Made by a program: the position numbers and the translations under genes. This document shows positions 51,075-64,000 of a stretch of DNA of 64,000 nt, piece by piece. The stretch is from Eledone cirrhosa (Eukaryota). How positions within the stretch are numbered: the first letter of the stretch is position 1; every line of letters starts with the position of its first letter. The stretch lies in NCBI GenBank assembly GCA_964016885.1, contig OZ024740.1:286688001-286752000 (forward strand). The letters are read 5' to 3'. The notes beneath the pieces are model-generated. The model did not search any database. It was not told the DNA's origin and saw only the letters and a list, made by a program, of their open reading frames with translations.

Positions 51075-51690
51075 ATCACCATTTAACATCTATTTTCCAT
51101 GCTTGCATGGGTTAGATAGGCTGTCATGTTATGAAACTAGACAGGTCAGGTGATAATGTCTTGCTCATAAGATCCATTTTGGGCTTAGTTTTCTATGGCT
51201 GGGTACCCTTCATAATGCTAACCATATCACAGCATAAGAAGCTTTTTTGTAACACCACCACTAACACCTTACAGGATGAACTAAGTGCATTTTATTGTGA
51301 CACCAACACAAACACCTTACAGGGTAAACTGGGTGCCTTTTATCATGACATAAGCACAAGCACCTTACAGAGTGAACTGGGTGCTTTTTTGCTGTGGCAC
51401 TAGTACAAACCCCTTACAGGGTGAACTGGGTGCCTTTTGTCATGATACCAGTATGACCCCCCTCATATCATCATCATCATCATCATTTTACGTCCGCTTT
51501 TCCCTGCTTGCAAGGGTGGGACGGGAACTGATTCTGGCTTGATTTCTACAGCTGGATGCCCTTCCTAACACCAACCTCATTTACAGTGAGTGCTGGGTGC
51601 TTTTTTTTCCGTGGGGCTTACACGTCCACTTTACAGTGAGTGTTGGGTGCTTTTTTGCCGTGGCACCTCCACGACCACTTTGCAGTGGAA
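51075..51690 (-). mobile_element. RTE 3'-UTR-derived repeats
   Basis: 51470-51690 is the reverse complement of the 440-712 UTR with a (CAT)n tail. ~42-bp subrepeats lie at 51240-51450. Confidence 0.65.
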
Positions 51691-51926
51691 TGATAGGGAC
51701 CCCAGTCCTATCATCTCATTTCTACAGCTGAGTAAACTGGAGCAATGTGAAATAAAGTGTCTTGCTCAAGGAAACAACACATCACCCAGTCTGAGAATTG
51801 AACTCACAACCTTTCGATTGCAAAGCCAATGCTCTAACCACTAAGCCATGTGCCTCCATAGGTTTTTTAAAAAGAAATGGAGTGTGGTGGTGATGGTGGG
51901 CTGACTTCTGTGCAGATATTGAGTTG

Positions 51927-52079
51927 GAGGGGTGCTGACGTGTGCAGACTGTTTTAGTCAAAATAACCAAAAAGTTATACTTTTAAATAGTTTAAGAACA
52001 CTCATAAGGAACATACATGAATTACATGAAGCTGATTGGTTAGATTGACTAAATCAGTCTGCACATGTCAGCACCCCTC
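51927..52079. mobile_element. MITE with ~44-bp terminal inverted repeats
   Basis: GAGGGGTGCTGACGTGTGCAGACTG...CAGTCTGCACATGTCAGCACCCCTC. Confidence 0.6.
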
Positions 52080-52289
52080 TGGGTGTGACATACGTTTTTA
52101 ATTTTTTTAAAACATTTTTTGCTTACTTTTTTTTTTTTTAAACATTTTTTGCCAATGAATATATACAAACTTAGATTATCATTTTGTTTTTGTTTTTATG
52201 CGTTTTTCCATTCTTGAGATTTTTTTTTAGACCATATTTTATGGCCTGGAGTAATATTTCGTTCATCTATAAGATGTTTGGAGGGATGT

Positions 52290-53230
52290 CTTCAAGATTT
52301 GATTGTGATGCCCATTTTATTGATGGTATCTAAAAAGGATCTAAGACAGTAGTTTAGCCTTACGATGAAAAGGAATGGTGCATGTGTGTTGCTTTGCAAC
52401 ACACCTGCAGAGATGTCAAAGAATTCAGTTGGGCCATCAGTTAGTGTTTTGATAGAGTGCCCCAGTTGCTTCAGCAGGTGTGGGTGGAATGCCATACAAA
52501 GGAAGGATTTGGAAAAGGAAATCGCTATTTATGCTGTTATGAAAATCTATGAGGTCAACGTTTTCAAAATAAGTTCCTGGTATGGCTCCGTTGTAATAAC
52601 TGGCCTAAATTATATTAAAACTCGTCCTACGGACTCGAGTTGCTCTCTACCTTGGATATCTCTACCAAGTTCTTCTATACACCTGTTACTGGTGCCATGA
52701 CGAAGTTCATCCCCCAACTCACCCTGTCTAGTATTGCTTCCAGTCCGGTGTCATATTCAAGAACATCTTTCAGCGTGGTGGTTGGTCTCCCAACATGTCT
52801 GCACGCATCACTCTGCCAATAGGTTCATCGTGAAGTTTCACATGTCCTGCAAATGCGAGTCTCCTACACCTTATGATGTCAGAAAGGAGAGGGTGTGAGC
52901 CATAGAGCGATTTCTTAGCTACGTGTGTTCTCGGGGATATGTTCTGGATCTTTCTCAGCATCCGAGTGAATGTGCCATTAATCCTCTTTGTGAGTGTTTT
53001 TGTCAGTGTCTATGACTCACACCCGTTGAGAACGGACTCAACCGTTGCTTTCGGCAGCCTCATTCTTTGTGGTTCTCTTGATCGGAGACACCCACACTTT
53101 TGACAGGGAGTCGAGAGCCCTGACTTATCCTGATGTCCACATCGTGCTCCTTATTCATAAAACTGCCAAGATACAAAAAGTCATCGACTTCCTCAATCTC
53201 CGAACCGTCCAACGCATTCATTTTGTTATT
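52290..53230 (-). mobile_element. Rearranged RTE-like LINE fragments
   Basis: TEFFDISAGVLQ..APFLF and RRLAFAGHV motifs. Confidence 0.6.
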
Positions 53231-53529
53231 GTGTGTGTGTGTGTGTGTGTAAAGGACAAAATAGATTCAAAATGTCCACGCTGGATTGCTTTAAAAATGT
53301 TAAATTGGCAACACTATCGTATTGAAAGGGGAAAAGCACATTGATACACAATAATCGAGAAAATGATGAAGTGGTCATATCTGGAATGCTTTTGATCATA
53401 GTTCTGCTCAGTCAGCGCTGAGCCAGAGTTAGATAAGAATAACAACAATGCCTGACTACATCGACTGTTTATGTTTAACTCTGACGCAAGAAACGATAAA
53501 ACGATTACAAATGTTTTGAAAAATGTTAC

Positions 53530-53688
53530 CTTATCATCAACAGTCCCAGCAAACTTTAACTCTGTAGTAATGGTCTCGTCTTTAGGAGTATTCACATTTT
53601 CACTTAATCGACTCCTTTTACAGGAAACAACAATATTTTCCAAAGGTTCATCTGAAATACAACGCTTTACGCGTACAATAGCAGCCAT
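53530..53688 (-). CDS. SLC7A6OS: SLC7A6OS/Iwr1-family RNA Pol II nuclear import factor, coding exon 1
   Basis: MAAIVRVKR..EPLENIVVSCKR..FAGTV N-terminal motif. ATG at 53688, donor AAG|GTAAC, phase 0. Confidence 0.85.
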
Positions 53689-53795
53689 GATTCTGATTTT
53701 GAATAATTGACAAAGCTCTATAATTAAGGGAGATAACTCTGAATGCATTGTTGTTGTTTTTTAAATCGCGAAACTATACAATAATGTTTAGTGTT

Positions 53796-54230
53796 TTAGT
53801 GGTAAGAAGCCCCGAGGAGCGCTGGACAGCAGGTCTTCGGAGCCGACAGATCACGGTATTTCATGATTTTTTTCCGTACGGCTACGGAAGCTGTAGATCT
53901 CGCCCTAACTGCAGCATCCAGGGTGTTGGAAGAAGCAAAAGAGTCACTAACTGTGATATCCCAGATAAAACACCTGCCTCTTAACCAGGAGCACAGGATA
54001 CGACTGTCAGGTCTTTTCCCATCAATTCTGGACAATCCAGACCGGGCCAAAGCTCTCTTGATGATGAGGTTTAGTTCCGTGTGACGCGCGAAGCGACCGG
54101 AATTCAGGCGGTAAGATAGACTGTGGAGTCGACAATCTTGCCACATCGACATTTCAAACCCGCAGAGACGTCGGCTCCCACTCTGAGGGCAATGGAGACA
54201 CGAAGCTCGCACAAGCTGTGGGAAACATAT
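53796..54230 (-). mobile_element. CRE-like restriction-like endonuclease fragment just upstream of SLC7A6OS
   Basis: GRFARHTELNLIIKRAL, DGKRPDS, WDITV and KKIMKY. Confidence 0.7.
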
Positions 54231-54564
54231 CCAGGTGTGGTTGGTTGATCAGGGATGTCTTGAAAGAATTTGTCCAAGAACCTTTTTCTTCCTTGGTTTG
54301 TTTGGGCATGTTGTTAAAGGGAGCAAACCAAATCGAATTGAAATAGTTCTGTTGTAATGTTTTTATGTGATGATTTATAAAAAGGACGAATGGCACGGAG
54401 ACCCAAGTTTTGGGTGATTTTAAAAGTTGATGCAATATTTGGACAGTATTGAAGGAATATTTTCGGGAAATGTTTACATTTAAATTCACCATATTTTCCA
54501 CATCATGCAAGCGGCATTGGCGGTGCTTGAGCTTTTCGAGCCGTCTCCCGTAATCAAAGTTTGA

Positions 54565-55860
54565 CATGCTATTTCGAACAAGATGCTTTGCAGTATTTGT
54601 TCTGGCTCTTTACATTCTACGTTCAAATCTCGCCATGGTCAACTTTGCTTTTCATCTTTCCGGAGTCGATAAAATAAAGTATCAATCAAGTACTATGGTC
54701 AATATAATCGACTTACCCCTCTTCTTAAAACTGTTGACCCTGTGTCTAAATTAAAACCATTTTTATATATAATTAGCCTTTGGGCTGCTATAATTTTCGT
54801 ATGGGGAAACCACAGTGGGCCATAGTATTCAAGGTGAGACTGCGCAAAGGTAGAGAAGAAAAAATAATTGTCCCAGGATTTCTAGACTGCAAAGTTCTAA
54901 GGATCCAGGAATGCATTGTGTGGGTCGTGTCATCTTTGTTGTTAATGTCAGCACTTTAGCTTAACTTGTTATCGATAGTTATACCAAGGTATCTGGTGTT
55001 ATTTGATGCTGCGAGAGCATCAAATTGTCTAAATTCATCCTCTTTTCCAAAGTGGATTTTTCCACATTTCATAGCATATTGTTTTTTTCCAGCCTATTGA
55101 ATATCAGTGTGTAGATACAGTTATAGTCGTTCAAACTCCTACTTTGTTGATAACCTGAAGCTTAGAAACATTCATATTTTGCTGTTTGGTGATGTCTATG
55201 ATGTCATTAATGTAAATAATGAAAGTGGGTCTAAGACAGTATCTCATGGGATACCATGGATAACTTTTGCTGAACTTGATTACATTCCTGCAATCACAAC
55301 ATGCTGAGTTTTGAAAACAAAGAAACACTCAGTCCACTGTGGTAGCTTCCCACAGATTCCAATGTTGGATAGTTTTTTTTCTATGGCAGATGCACAAGAG
55401 TAGTTAACAGTGAGTGTATTCAAGAAATAAATCCTCAAATGTTCGAATGTCTCACTGGAAGTCATTGAAAGCATTTGCTATCTGGGTGACAACATTAGCA
55501 ATGGAGGTGGATGTACTAAAGGTATTGTAGCCAAAGTGAGAACAAGTTGGAAGAAGTTCAGTGAAACATTGGTCCTGATTGTAAAAGGTCTGCAACAGCT
55601 AAAAAGGAATGAAGCATGCATGCTATGCTAGATATGTATTGTTAGTGTCAGTTAAGGAGAGTTAGGCTTGACATAAGAAGAATGTAGCTTGCAAGAAAGA
55701 TGACTACATTGGCATGGTCACGTAATGCATAAAGAGAGTGAGAGTTGTATTGTAAAAAAGTGCCATGATGGAAGCTGTGCAAGAAGGAAACCTAAATGGA
55801 TATGGGACAAAGTTGTGAAGGATGACCTCAAGAAGGAGAGGACACGGAACTAGCTGACTG
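54565..55860. mobile_element. SINE (+), CR1 fragment (-) and RTE fragment (+)
   Basis: SINE core at about 54620-54695, FIIYINDI and YLGI remnants on minus, CYLGD and WHGHV remnants on plus. Confidence 0.5.
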
Positions 55861-56669
55861 GTAATATACCATAATACAAATGACACACCCATCTGTACAA
55901 GGACTGCAACACAAAAAGTAAATGTAATAAGTAACTGGAAGCTTTAGTGTTGGTGATCAAATGGAGGCAATATAGGGTTTGAGAGGATCCTTCAGTTGGG
56001 ACAAGCATACAACAACCTCTTTAGTGCTAGTGCCACAATAAAATACACCCCATACACTCTGTAAAATGTTAGCGTTTTTGTCATGAAAAAATGCACACAG
56101 TATTCCTTGTAATATGGTTGCTATTAAAAAGGGCTATATAAACAATGCCAAATATGGAAAGTATGAGCAAGAAAGGTAATTCCAACCAGTCTTATATTGG
56201 ACTATGACAACCTGTCAAACCTAACCCAATTTAGAAAGCAGACATAAAATGATGATTATACTTGTATATATAGAGTGAGAGTGGTTATGTTGTGTTAATC
56301 AATCAATAAACACTGATTTAAGCAGGATTAAGCATTCAATGTCAGTATACATTTCTTTGTATGATATGGGATCACACAGGTCTGTGTATAATGGAGTATT
56401 GGTATAGTAATACAGCAAAGAGAAATAAGGTTATACTTTACCACATTTTATATATTACATAAGAGCTTTTATATGTATTTCCATGGTATCTGTTATGTCA
56501 TTTTAAACCTTCAAATATGATTTCATCAGACAGCTCTCATCTATGAATTTTAGTGAGGTAATTTGTTGGTATATTCATCAGGAGATTTCCAGTGTTGATT
56601 TTCTAGCATTTAAAATCATAAACTGATATGATGGCAATATGTATAACAACTATTACATAATAAATAATG

Positions 56670-57115
56670 TGGGGAAGTATCAATATTAGTAGAGCGTCAG
56701 ATACCATACTTTGCAGCACAGAGTTACGGCCCTTTATCTGAGTTCAAATCCCGCTGAGGTAACTTTGCCTTTCATCCTTATGGGGTCAATAAAATAAAGC
56801 ACCAGTCATGCACTGGGTCGATTTAATCGACTTTCCCCTCCCCCAAAATTGCTGGCCTTGTGCATATATAAGAAACAATTATTATTGATATTGAGGGTGG
56901 TAAATTGGCAGTATCGGTAAGGGTCAGACGCCATGCTTTGTAGCATAGAGTTACCGACCTTTATGATCTGAGTTCAAATCCCGCCGAGGTTAACTTTGCC
57001 TTTCATCCTTACGGGGTCGATAAAATAAAGTACCAGTCACGCACTGAGGGCGATTTAATCGACTTTCCTCTCCCCAAAATTGCTGGCCTTGTGCCTATAT
57101 AAGAAACCGTTATTA
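56670..57115 (+). mobile_element. Two tandem tRNA-derived SINEs
   Basis: GAGTTCAAATCCCGC B-box and core each occur twice, with (ATT)n-like tails. Confidence 0.75.
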
Positions 57116-57554
57116 TATATATACATGCATACTCCTATTTTTCTCTGAATTAGAATCTGATTCTACTTTTATTCTTTCTACATTCTCTGTTACCTGTACC
57201 CTCTCTTCCTTCAGTGTGACTGCTGACTATTTCTCACTCTCTCTTTCTCTCTCTCCATCTCACTCTTTTAATTTCCTACCTATTTATCTATCTATTTAAT
57301 TTACCTCTCTTTATAATTACATTATTTCTCTCTTCCATCTTTTTTAGTAAAACCACTATTTGCTTCTTTCATTTACTCCTGTAACAGAAGGAGCTTTTTG
57401 TAAAAGACATTCCTTAAATAGTTTCACCAGCTTTGTTATAATCAATGGCTTAATGTGTATTGGCGATGGTTTTACTACAGAATAACATGGTCTGATATTC
57501 CCTTGCTTTAAAATATCTTAATCTAAAGACTTGTCCTGGAATTTAAATCTCATG

Positions 57555-58022
57555 AATGCGTAGACTGGAGAGAAATGAAGCAACAATGCTTCGTTGGATG
57601 TGCAATGTAAATATGAGAGAAAGGCAGAGCTTGGATGAACTGAGGGAGAAACTGGGTTTAAGTGGAATCTGAAGTGGTGTGCAAGAGAGAAGACTACATT
57701 GGTATAGACATGTGATGTGCATGGATGATGATTGCTGGGTGAAGAAGGGCCAGAAAAAACTGGGTTTAAGAGGAATCTGAGGTGGTGTCAATATTGGTAT
57801 GGGCATGTGATGTGCATGGATGATGATCACTGGGTGAAGAAGTGCAGGGAAATCCCAGTGGTGGGAAGTCGCAATAGACCAAGGAAGACCTGGGAAGAGG
57901 TGATGATAACTAATCTCAAATTGCTGAGATTCACAGAGGAGATGATGAAGGAATGCAGCAAGTAAAGAGATGCTGTGGTGTGTTCAAAATGTGGGAAAAC
58001 AGACATAAAAACGATAATGATA
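57555..58022 (+). mobile_element. RTE 3' fragment with an internal ~110-bp tandem duplication
   Basis: MLRWMC, WYGHVM and RPRKTW motifs. AAACTGGGTTTAAG..GGAATCTGA occurs twice. Confidence 0.7.
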
Positions 58023-59186
58023 AATGTCAAAATTAATTACATTCAAACAAAGCAATTCATGATTATTTTTTTACATTCAGCAACAATAACACTCACTACA
58101 CATATCCTCTGATCAGTTTCCATTAATGTATGAGACTTTCAAAAAATTTTAATTAATGATTCATCAAATTGTTTTAGTTTGAAATCAAGCTTTTCTTAAC
58201 TTTGGTTTATTCAGATCAATTATTCAGAGTTATTAAATACATTGGTCAACAACTAAAATGCTTCTGAGACCAAAGTAGCAATTTCCAAATAATTTTAGGT
58301 CGCTGATAATGAATATCACAGTTAAAACTGTTTGTTAGCTCTACTTTTCAACATACTCATACGTATAATAGCAGGCTCCAACAGGCTTGCAACAGTGAGT
58401 TTCTTACCACACTCACAATGCCACTGCCCTTCAGTGTGATTTACCTGATTTCCTTGGCTTTATGGTCAATTGCTTTCGGACGACTACATTTCAAATATAT
58501 TATTTACTATTTATTTAATATAGCATTCATAATGTATTTTTGATTTAACACTAACATTGAGTAAGTGTATTTGGGGGTGGGGGATTCTTGATTTTTTTAC
58601 AACTGATCCATTTAGTTTTATATTTCATGTATTGGTTAACCTCAAATTACCCGCTATCGAGCAGACCTATTATCAAATGCTTTCTTGTCGTGTTTATGTT
58701 TAACCTACTAACCGATACGTACTAGTAATTTTGCTGGATATTGCTTTTTGATTTACTATGGCACAGTTGAAGGAATTTCTAAATGTATTAAATTATGTTA
58801 GGGACTTTTAACGTGTATCACCGGTGTCATTTAGCGGAACATAAACTTTTAATAACACCGCTTAATTTTCTAAATTCTTTTAATGAATCTAATTATCTCA
58901 TGCTAAGCTGAACATTAATTTTTGTGTATAACATAGGACAGCCTACATGTTTCAGGGTAGTTGATACTTCATTTTCTTGGTTCAATATTTCATTTCATCA
59001 TAAATTACGTTACATTGTGAAAGACAACAACAAACACTTTCGTTGTAAGTAGAACATATATCTATATTGCATCTACATCTGTTTCCACACATATAAACAG
59101 TCCCAATGATATCTAAGACAGGAAACTGAAAATAGATTATACATAAAGATATTTTTTCAGTTTTTAAGAATTCATCAATAATTAAT

Positions 59187-60518
59187 ATGGAGAACGTTAA
59201 CCACCTGGACACATCTTCTAACACAACCGTTCTTAACGATATAGATTCTGTTTCACAGACACACAGTGGTGAGAAACCTTTACATAGTGAAGCGTTTAAT
59301 AAAAAAAGATCACTACACAGAAATATTCCTGAACATCGCTGTGAGATTTGTAGGAAAACGTTCTCTTCAGAACATGAAGTCTTCACGCACAAAGAAATAC
59401 ACAATAAGCAAAAACTCTATCACTGTGAAATATGTGGGAAATATTTTGTTTATAACAGTATTTTAATAAGACACAAAAGAATACACACTGGAGAAAGATT
59501 GTTTCAATGTGAAATATGTGGGAAATCATTTATTAATAATTCGAATCTTGTTATCCACGTACGTAGTCATACTGGAGAAAAACCGTATCATTGTGAAATA
59601 TGTGGGAAATCTTTCTCTTTTAATACTAGTCTTGTAGTTCACAAACGTCGACATACAGGGGAAAAACCGTATCATTGTGAAATATGTGGGAAATCGTTCT
59701 CTGTTAATATTAGTCTTGTACTTCACAAACGTAGACACAGTGGAGAACAGCCATATCAATGTGGAATATGTGGGAAATATTTTGTCTCTAACAGTAATTT
59801 AACAACACACACAAAAATACATGCTGGAGAAAAACCCTACCACTGTGAAATATGTGGGAAATCATTTTTAAATAACAGTAAATTAGGAACGCACAAACGA
59901 ATACACACTGGAGAACAACCTTACTGCTGTGGAATATGTGGGAAATCTTTTGTTTCTAACAGTAATTTAACAACACACAAAAAATTGCACACGGGTGAAA
60001 AACCCTATCATTGTGAAATGTGTGGTAAATCTTTTGTGAATAACAGTAAATTAACAACACACAAAAAAATACACACTGGGGAAAAACCTCATTGCTGTGG
60101 AATATGTGGAAAAACTTTTATCAGTAATAGTGATTTAAACAGACACAAAAGAATACACACTGGAGAAAACTCTTTCCATTGTGAAATATGTGGGAAATCT
60201 TTCATTGAAAGTTCTAAGCTTACAGTCCACAAACGTAGGCACACTGGAGAAAAACCATATCATTGTGAAATATGTGGGAAATCTTTTGTAAATAATGGTG
60301 ATTTAAAAAGACATGTTCGAATACACACAGGAGAAAAACCATATCACTGTGAAATATGTGGAAAATCATTCTCTGTTAATTCTCATCTTGGAGTTCACAG
60401 ACGTATACACACTGGTGAAAAACCTTGTTGCTGTGAAGTATGTGGGAAAGCTTTCCGCACTAACAGCCTATTAAAAACGCACAAAAAGATACATTCAGTA
60501 GAAAAAACTTATCCATGA
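59187..60518 (+). CDS. C2H2 zinc-finger protein, 14 tandem fingers, 443 aa, single coding exon
   Basis: 14 CxxC-x12-HxxxH repeats, mostly with TGEKPY-type linkers. No KRAB or BTB domain is apparent. A candidate splice acceptor (TTTTTTCAG) ends at 59160. Confidence 0.92.
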   Translation: MENVNHLDTSSNTTVLNDIDSVSQTHSGEKPLHSEAFNKKRSLHRNIPEHRCEICRKTFSSEHEVFTHKEIHNKQKLYHCEICGKYFVYNSILIRHKRIHTGERLFQCEICGKSFINNSNLVIHVRSHTGEKPYHCEICGKSFSFNTSLVVHKRRHTGEKPYHCEICGKSFSVNISLVLHKRRHSGEQPYQCGICGKYFVSNSNLTTHTKIHAGEKPYHCEICGKSFLNNSKLGTHKRIHTGEQPYCCGICGKSFVSNSNLTTHKKLHTGEKPYHCEMCGKSFVNNSKLTTHKKIHTGEKPHCCGICGKTFISNSDLNRHKRIHTGENSFHCEICGKSFIESSKLTVHKRRHTGEKPYHCEICGKSFVNNGDLKRHVRIHTGEKPYHCEICGKSFSVNSHLGVHRRIHTGEKPCCCEVCGKAFRTNSLLKTHKKIHSVEKTYP

Positions 60519-62289
60519 AACATGTGGCAAATGTTTTTTTTTATTACAATTAAAAATGTCTCCAGCAAGAACACACTGGAAAATCATTGTGAGACATGTG
60601 AGAAATCATTTATCTATAACAGCCACTGTGAACAAGATGCGGTTTCCTGACCCTACTTGTCTCATAATGTAATGACCCATCTAACCCATGCAAGCATTGA
60701 AAATGGACATTAACCGATGATGATGATGAGTCACTGAAAAAGGACAGAGTCAAATACATACTGTTTAATTGAAATGTAAGAAATCTTTCCCTTGCAAATC
60801 TAAACTTATAGTCTGCTAACAAGTACACATTGGTGAACATATATAATGGGAAAATATGTTTGAAATCATTCTCATCTTGTAGTCTTCAAATGTGCCCTCA
60901 TCTGAGAGAAACTCTTTTGCTAAAATATTTGGGAAATCCTTATTTGTGAATTATAAACTTGTAGTTAACAAATGAATATATACTAGACAAAAAAAAACTA
61001 TATCAATATCAAATATGCGGATAAGTATGTCTACACTGATAATCTACAGATGCATGTGTGCATGGTCCCATAAATCCTGAGTGAGTGGTAAGGCTGTTGT
61101 ATTGATATATGGTGTTTATAGGACATTTTTTAAAAAGCCAGGTCTGAATACAGCAGATTTCGTCTAGAGAAGAATAAAGTATGAGAGGAAGAATCTACCC
61201 CAGTGCTGGACTGGTACTTTTTTTTTATCAACCTTAAATGGACGAAAGGTAAAATTGACTTCTGGGCTGTTTGAACTCGGAGAGCAGAGAACTGAAACAA
61301 ATACTGCAAAGCATTCTATCCAATGTTCTAATGACTGCCAATTCACCACCTTTAATCCACAGATGAATACAAACTAAAGAAAAAAATGATGAGTGGGAAA
61401 TATATGAGTGTCATTCTCTGAGATCTTGTCTTGTAATACACCATAGAGAAAGATTTATTCACTATTATTTGTCATTAAGGTATCAGAGACACATTCTTAT
61501 TAATCATAGTTGGAAAAACAGGGTAAAACATTATAAATGTGAAATTTATTGAAAATTATTTTCATTCCAAAAGTATGTTTATACATATATGGCAGCAAAT
61601 TGGTAGAGTTGTTAGAACATCATATACAATGCTTTGCGGTATTCATTTTGCTCTTTGAACTCTCAGTTCAAATCTTGCCGAGGTCAACTTTGCCTTTCTT
61701 CCATTCAAGGTTAACAAAAAAAAAAATTACCCGTCCAGTACTGGGGTCAATTCTTCCTCTATATCTCTCTCACTCTCTATCCTTCTCTGAAAGAAATCTG
61801 ATGTAGTCATGCTTGGAGAGAGATGGGTTCCGCCAGGATGTTAAAATGTCCTTGAAAAGCTGCATGTCAATACAGCACTGCTATGACTCCATCAGGAGTT
61901 ACAGGACCATACATACATGTTTATACATGATAAAAATATTATTGAGATGATTTATTGAAAATGTTCTCTATAAATAGAAATAAAAAGAAATAATTGACAA
62001 ATTCGTATAAAATCAAATTAAAATCTTATAATTACATGTGTTGGATGATATTTTTTGTACAGTCCACATAGTGGCTCTTATATGTTGATATTCATGAGAG
62101 CTATTATATCATTCCAGTAGCTTAGTTTTAGTGACAGTGGCCAAGTGTCATCTGCATATTGTGGAGATTTCTGAAGGTTGTCCAGGTTGCTTTCTGATTT
62201 TCTTGTTAAATAAATAAAACCTTTCTATCAAATGGCAAATATAAATTTATGTTTTTATATGAATAAATTCTTTCCCTAAAACTATTTTT

Positions 62290-63810
62290 CATCATCATGC
62301 TATATCCACTTTTCCATTCTTGCATGGATTTGACAGATCTTATCTAGCAGAGTTTTCCTCCATTCATTGTATTCTTTTCTCATTTCCTCTGTGCAGTTCA
62401 GTGATTTGAGAAGATCTCTTAGCACTTCTGCCTAAGTCTTCCTCTACTACAGCTTACTTGTAGCTCTTGGCACGTGTTCAGCCAGCAATCATCTATATGC
62501 ACCACATGTCTCTACCTGTGCAGCCTTCCCTCTTGCACACTACATCTGATTTCTCATATGTCCAGTTTTTTCTCTTAACTCATTCATGATTTGTCATACA
62601 CATTAGCATTATACATCCAATGGATGATGCTCACTTCATATCTCTCCAGGTTTCACATATCCTCTGTATTTAATGTTAAACAGCCTCACACTTCACATGC
62701 AGGCACCGTACAATCTTCATTTCACTCATAGAGAGAAATCCTTATTGTCAACAGAAGCAGTAGTTCCTACAACCTTTTTCATCCTGTACTCATCTAGCTA
62801 CTATGCTTTCGGAACAACTTCCTCCACTGCTAATTAGGTCATCAAGGTAACAAAAGCTGCTAATTACTTCTATAAGCTCTTCACTTGATTGGAAAAAAGT
62901 TTATTTCACTGATGCTCTTTACTACCAACTATTCCTGTACATCTGCCACATATAAAGTCTACCTACCATCCCATTAGACCTCTTGTGTACCCATATTTTA
63001 CTTTGTGTACATTATATAAAGTGCCTATGTACTTCTTTTTTCCATATCGAGCAAGGCCACTTTACTGATTGAATCAGATTTTGTCTTCTTCCCAACCTAC
63101 TAAAACTCTACTAAGTTTACGCTGAGCACTTTTGACTCAACAAGAATTTCTTTTCTAGCTCTTTTACAGATTCAACTATAAGAACTAAGTCACCAGCTCA
63201 CAGAAGTTTCCAAGGACAGCCAGGCTTAAACCCTTCTGTTATGGCCTGGAGAACCATAATAAACGGGGGGGGGGGGGGGTTTAAGGATATTACCAGGATG
63301 AATATTTACCTGCACATTAAATTCTTCACTAATTTTACTGACAGCATGTCCATGAATAGCTTGCATTGCTCTCACAAGCCACTCATCTTTACCCAGTTTC
63401 CTGAAGGACTGCCAGATAACAGATCACAGTTCTCTGTTAAAAGCTTTTTCCAGATCTACAAAAGTTAGATATAGCAGCTTGTACTTAGCTAGGAACTTCT
63501 CTTGTAGCTGTTTCACTAAGAAAAGAACATCTATGGTACTCCTTCCTGACCAGAAGCCAAACTGCATCTCATCTAATTTCATTTTTTTTTCCTAATTACA
63601 TATACTAATACTCTTTCTGTCACTTTCATAACTTGATCCATTAGTTTTATGACTTTATAATTGCTCCTTTTTTGTATAGCATCACCTTTCTCTTGTAATA
63701 ATTATTGATTATACGGCTTCACCAATCATTGGATATGACACCATCTTGTATCATCTGAGTGACTAAATGGAGTTCTTCTTCACCAGATGATTTCAGCATG
63801 TCAGCAACTA
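62290..63810 (-). mobile_element. Degenerate RTE LINE
   Basis: Minus-strand remnants FVDLEKAFNR, QFGFWSG, FCYLDD and a Cys-finger remnant. (CAT)n lies at 62290. Confidence 0.65.
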
Positions 63811-63811
63811 T

Positions 63812-64000
63812 CTTTCGCAGCCAGTCCATACCCCTGTAAATGCCTCGTGACCTCCGCTGCCGACACTACAGACTCGTCCACTAGGATGTCATCAATGTAG
63901 GAATTAGTGGCCCTCTTCATCTTGAGGACTGCCGCCATGATCTTCGGTACAGAGCTCAGCCCGAAACCGAGCCTGGTCAGGCAATATGTCTTGCCCTTAT
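63812..64000 (-). mobile_element. Gypsy-type RT fragment running off the window edge
   Basis: Minus translation KGKTYCLTRLGFGLSSVPKIM...SYIDDILVDE. Confidence 0.75.

Noticed and set aside
53314-53748. Single-exon 144-aa protein
   Set aside because: Family-like sequence starts at MAAIVRVKR and stops at a GT donor (53529). The rest is UTR or intron read-through.
56890-56995. tRNA genes at GAGTTCAAATCCC motifs
   Set aside because: These are SINE heads followed by a shared core and tail, with no convincing cloverleaf.

Overview
Eukaryotic, AT- and microsatellite-rich DNA. The repeat complement and intronless C2H2 gene suggest an Octopus-like cephalopod (inference). About 1-42 kb is almost entirely mobile DNA: RTE, CR1, CRE and Tx1-like LINE remnants, non-autonomous Helitrons, a deleted tRNA-Trp-primed LTR element and several Penelope-like elements (PLEs; RT + GIY-YIG). 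About 43-61 kb holds two divergent host genes: five-exon SLC7A6OS/Iwr1 (minus strand, 343 aa) and a 14-finger C2H2 gene (plus strand). The most striking signal is a dense set of type I hammerhead ribozymes (HHRs). It includes a near-identical 310-bp tandem array at 34.3-36.4 kb with one HHR per unit (a retrozyme-like element predicted to give circular RNA) and two diverged relatives of 306 and 322 bp with covarying helices. HHRs also occur in PLE pseudo-LTRs. Every paired HHR element has the same inverted, 3'-ends-outward layout and mostly sits in (TA)n, which points to a PLE-driven ribozyme retroelement system. All structures were paired by eye; no searches or folding programs were run.
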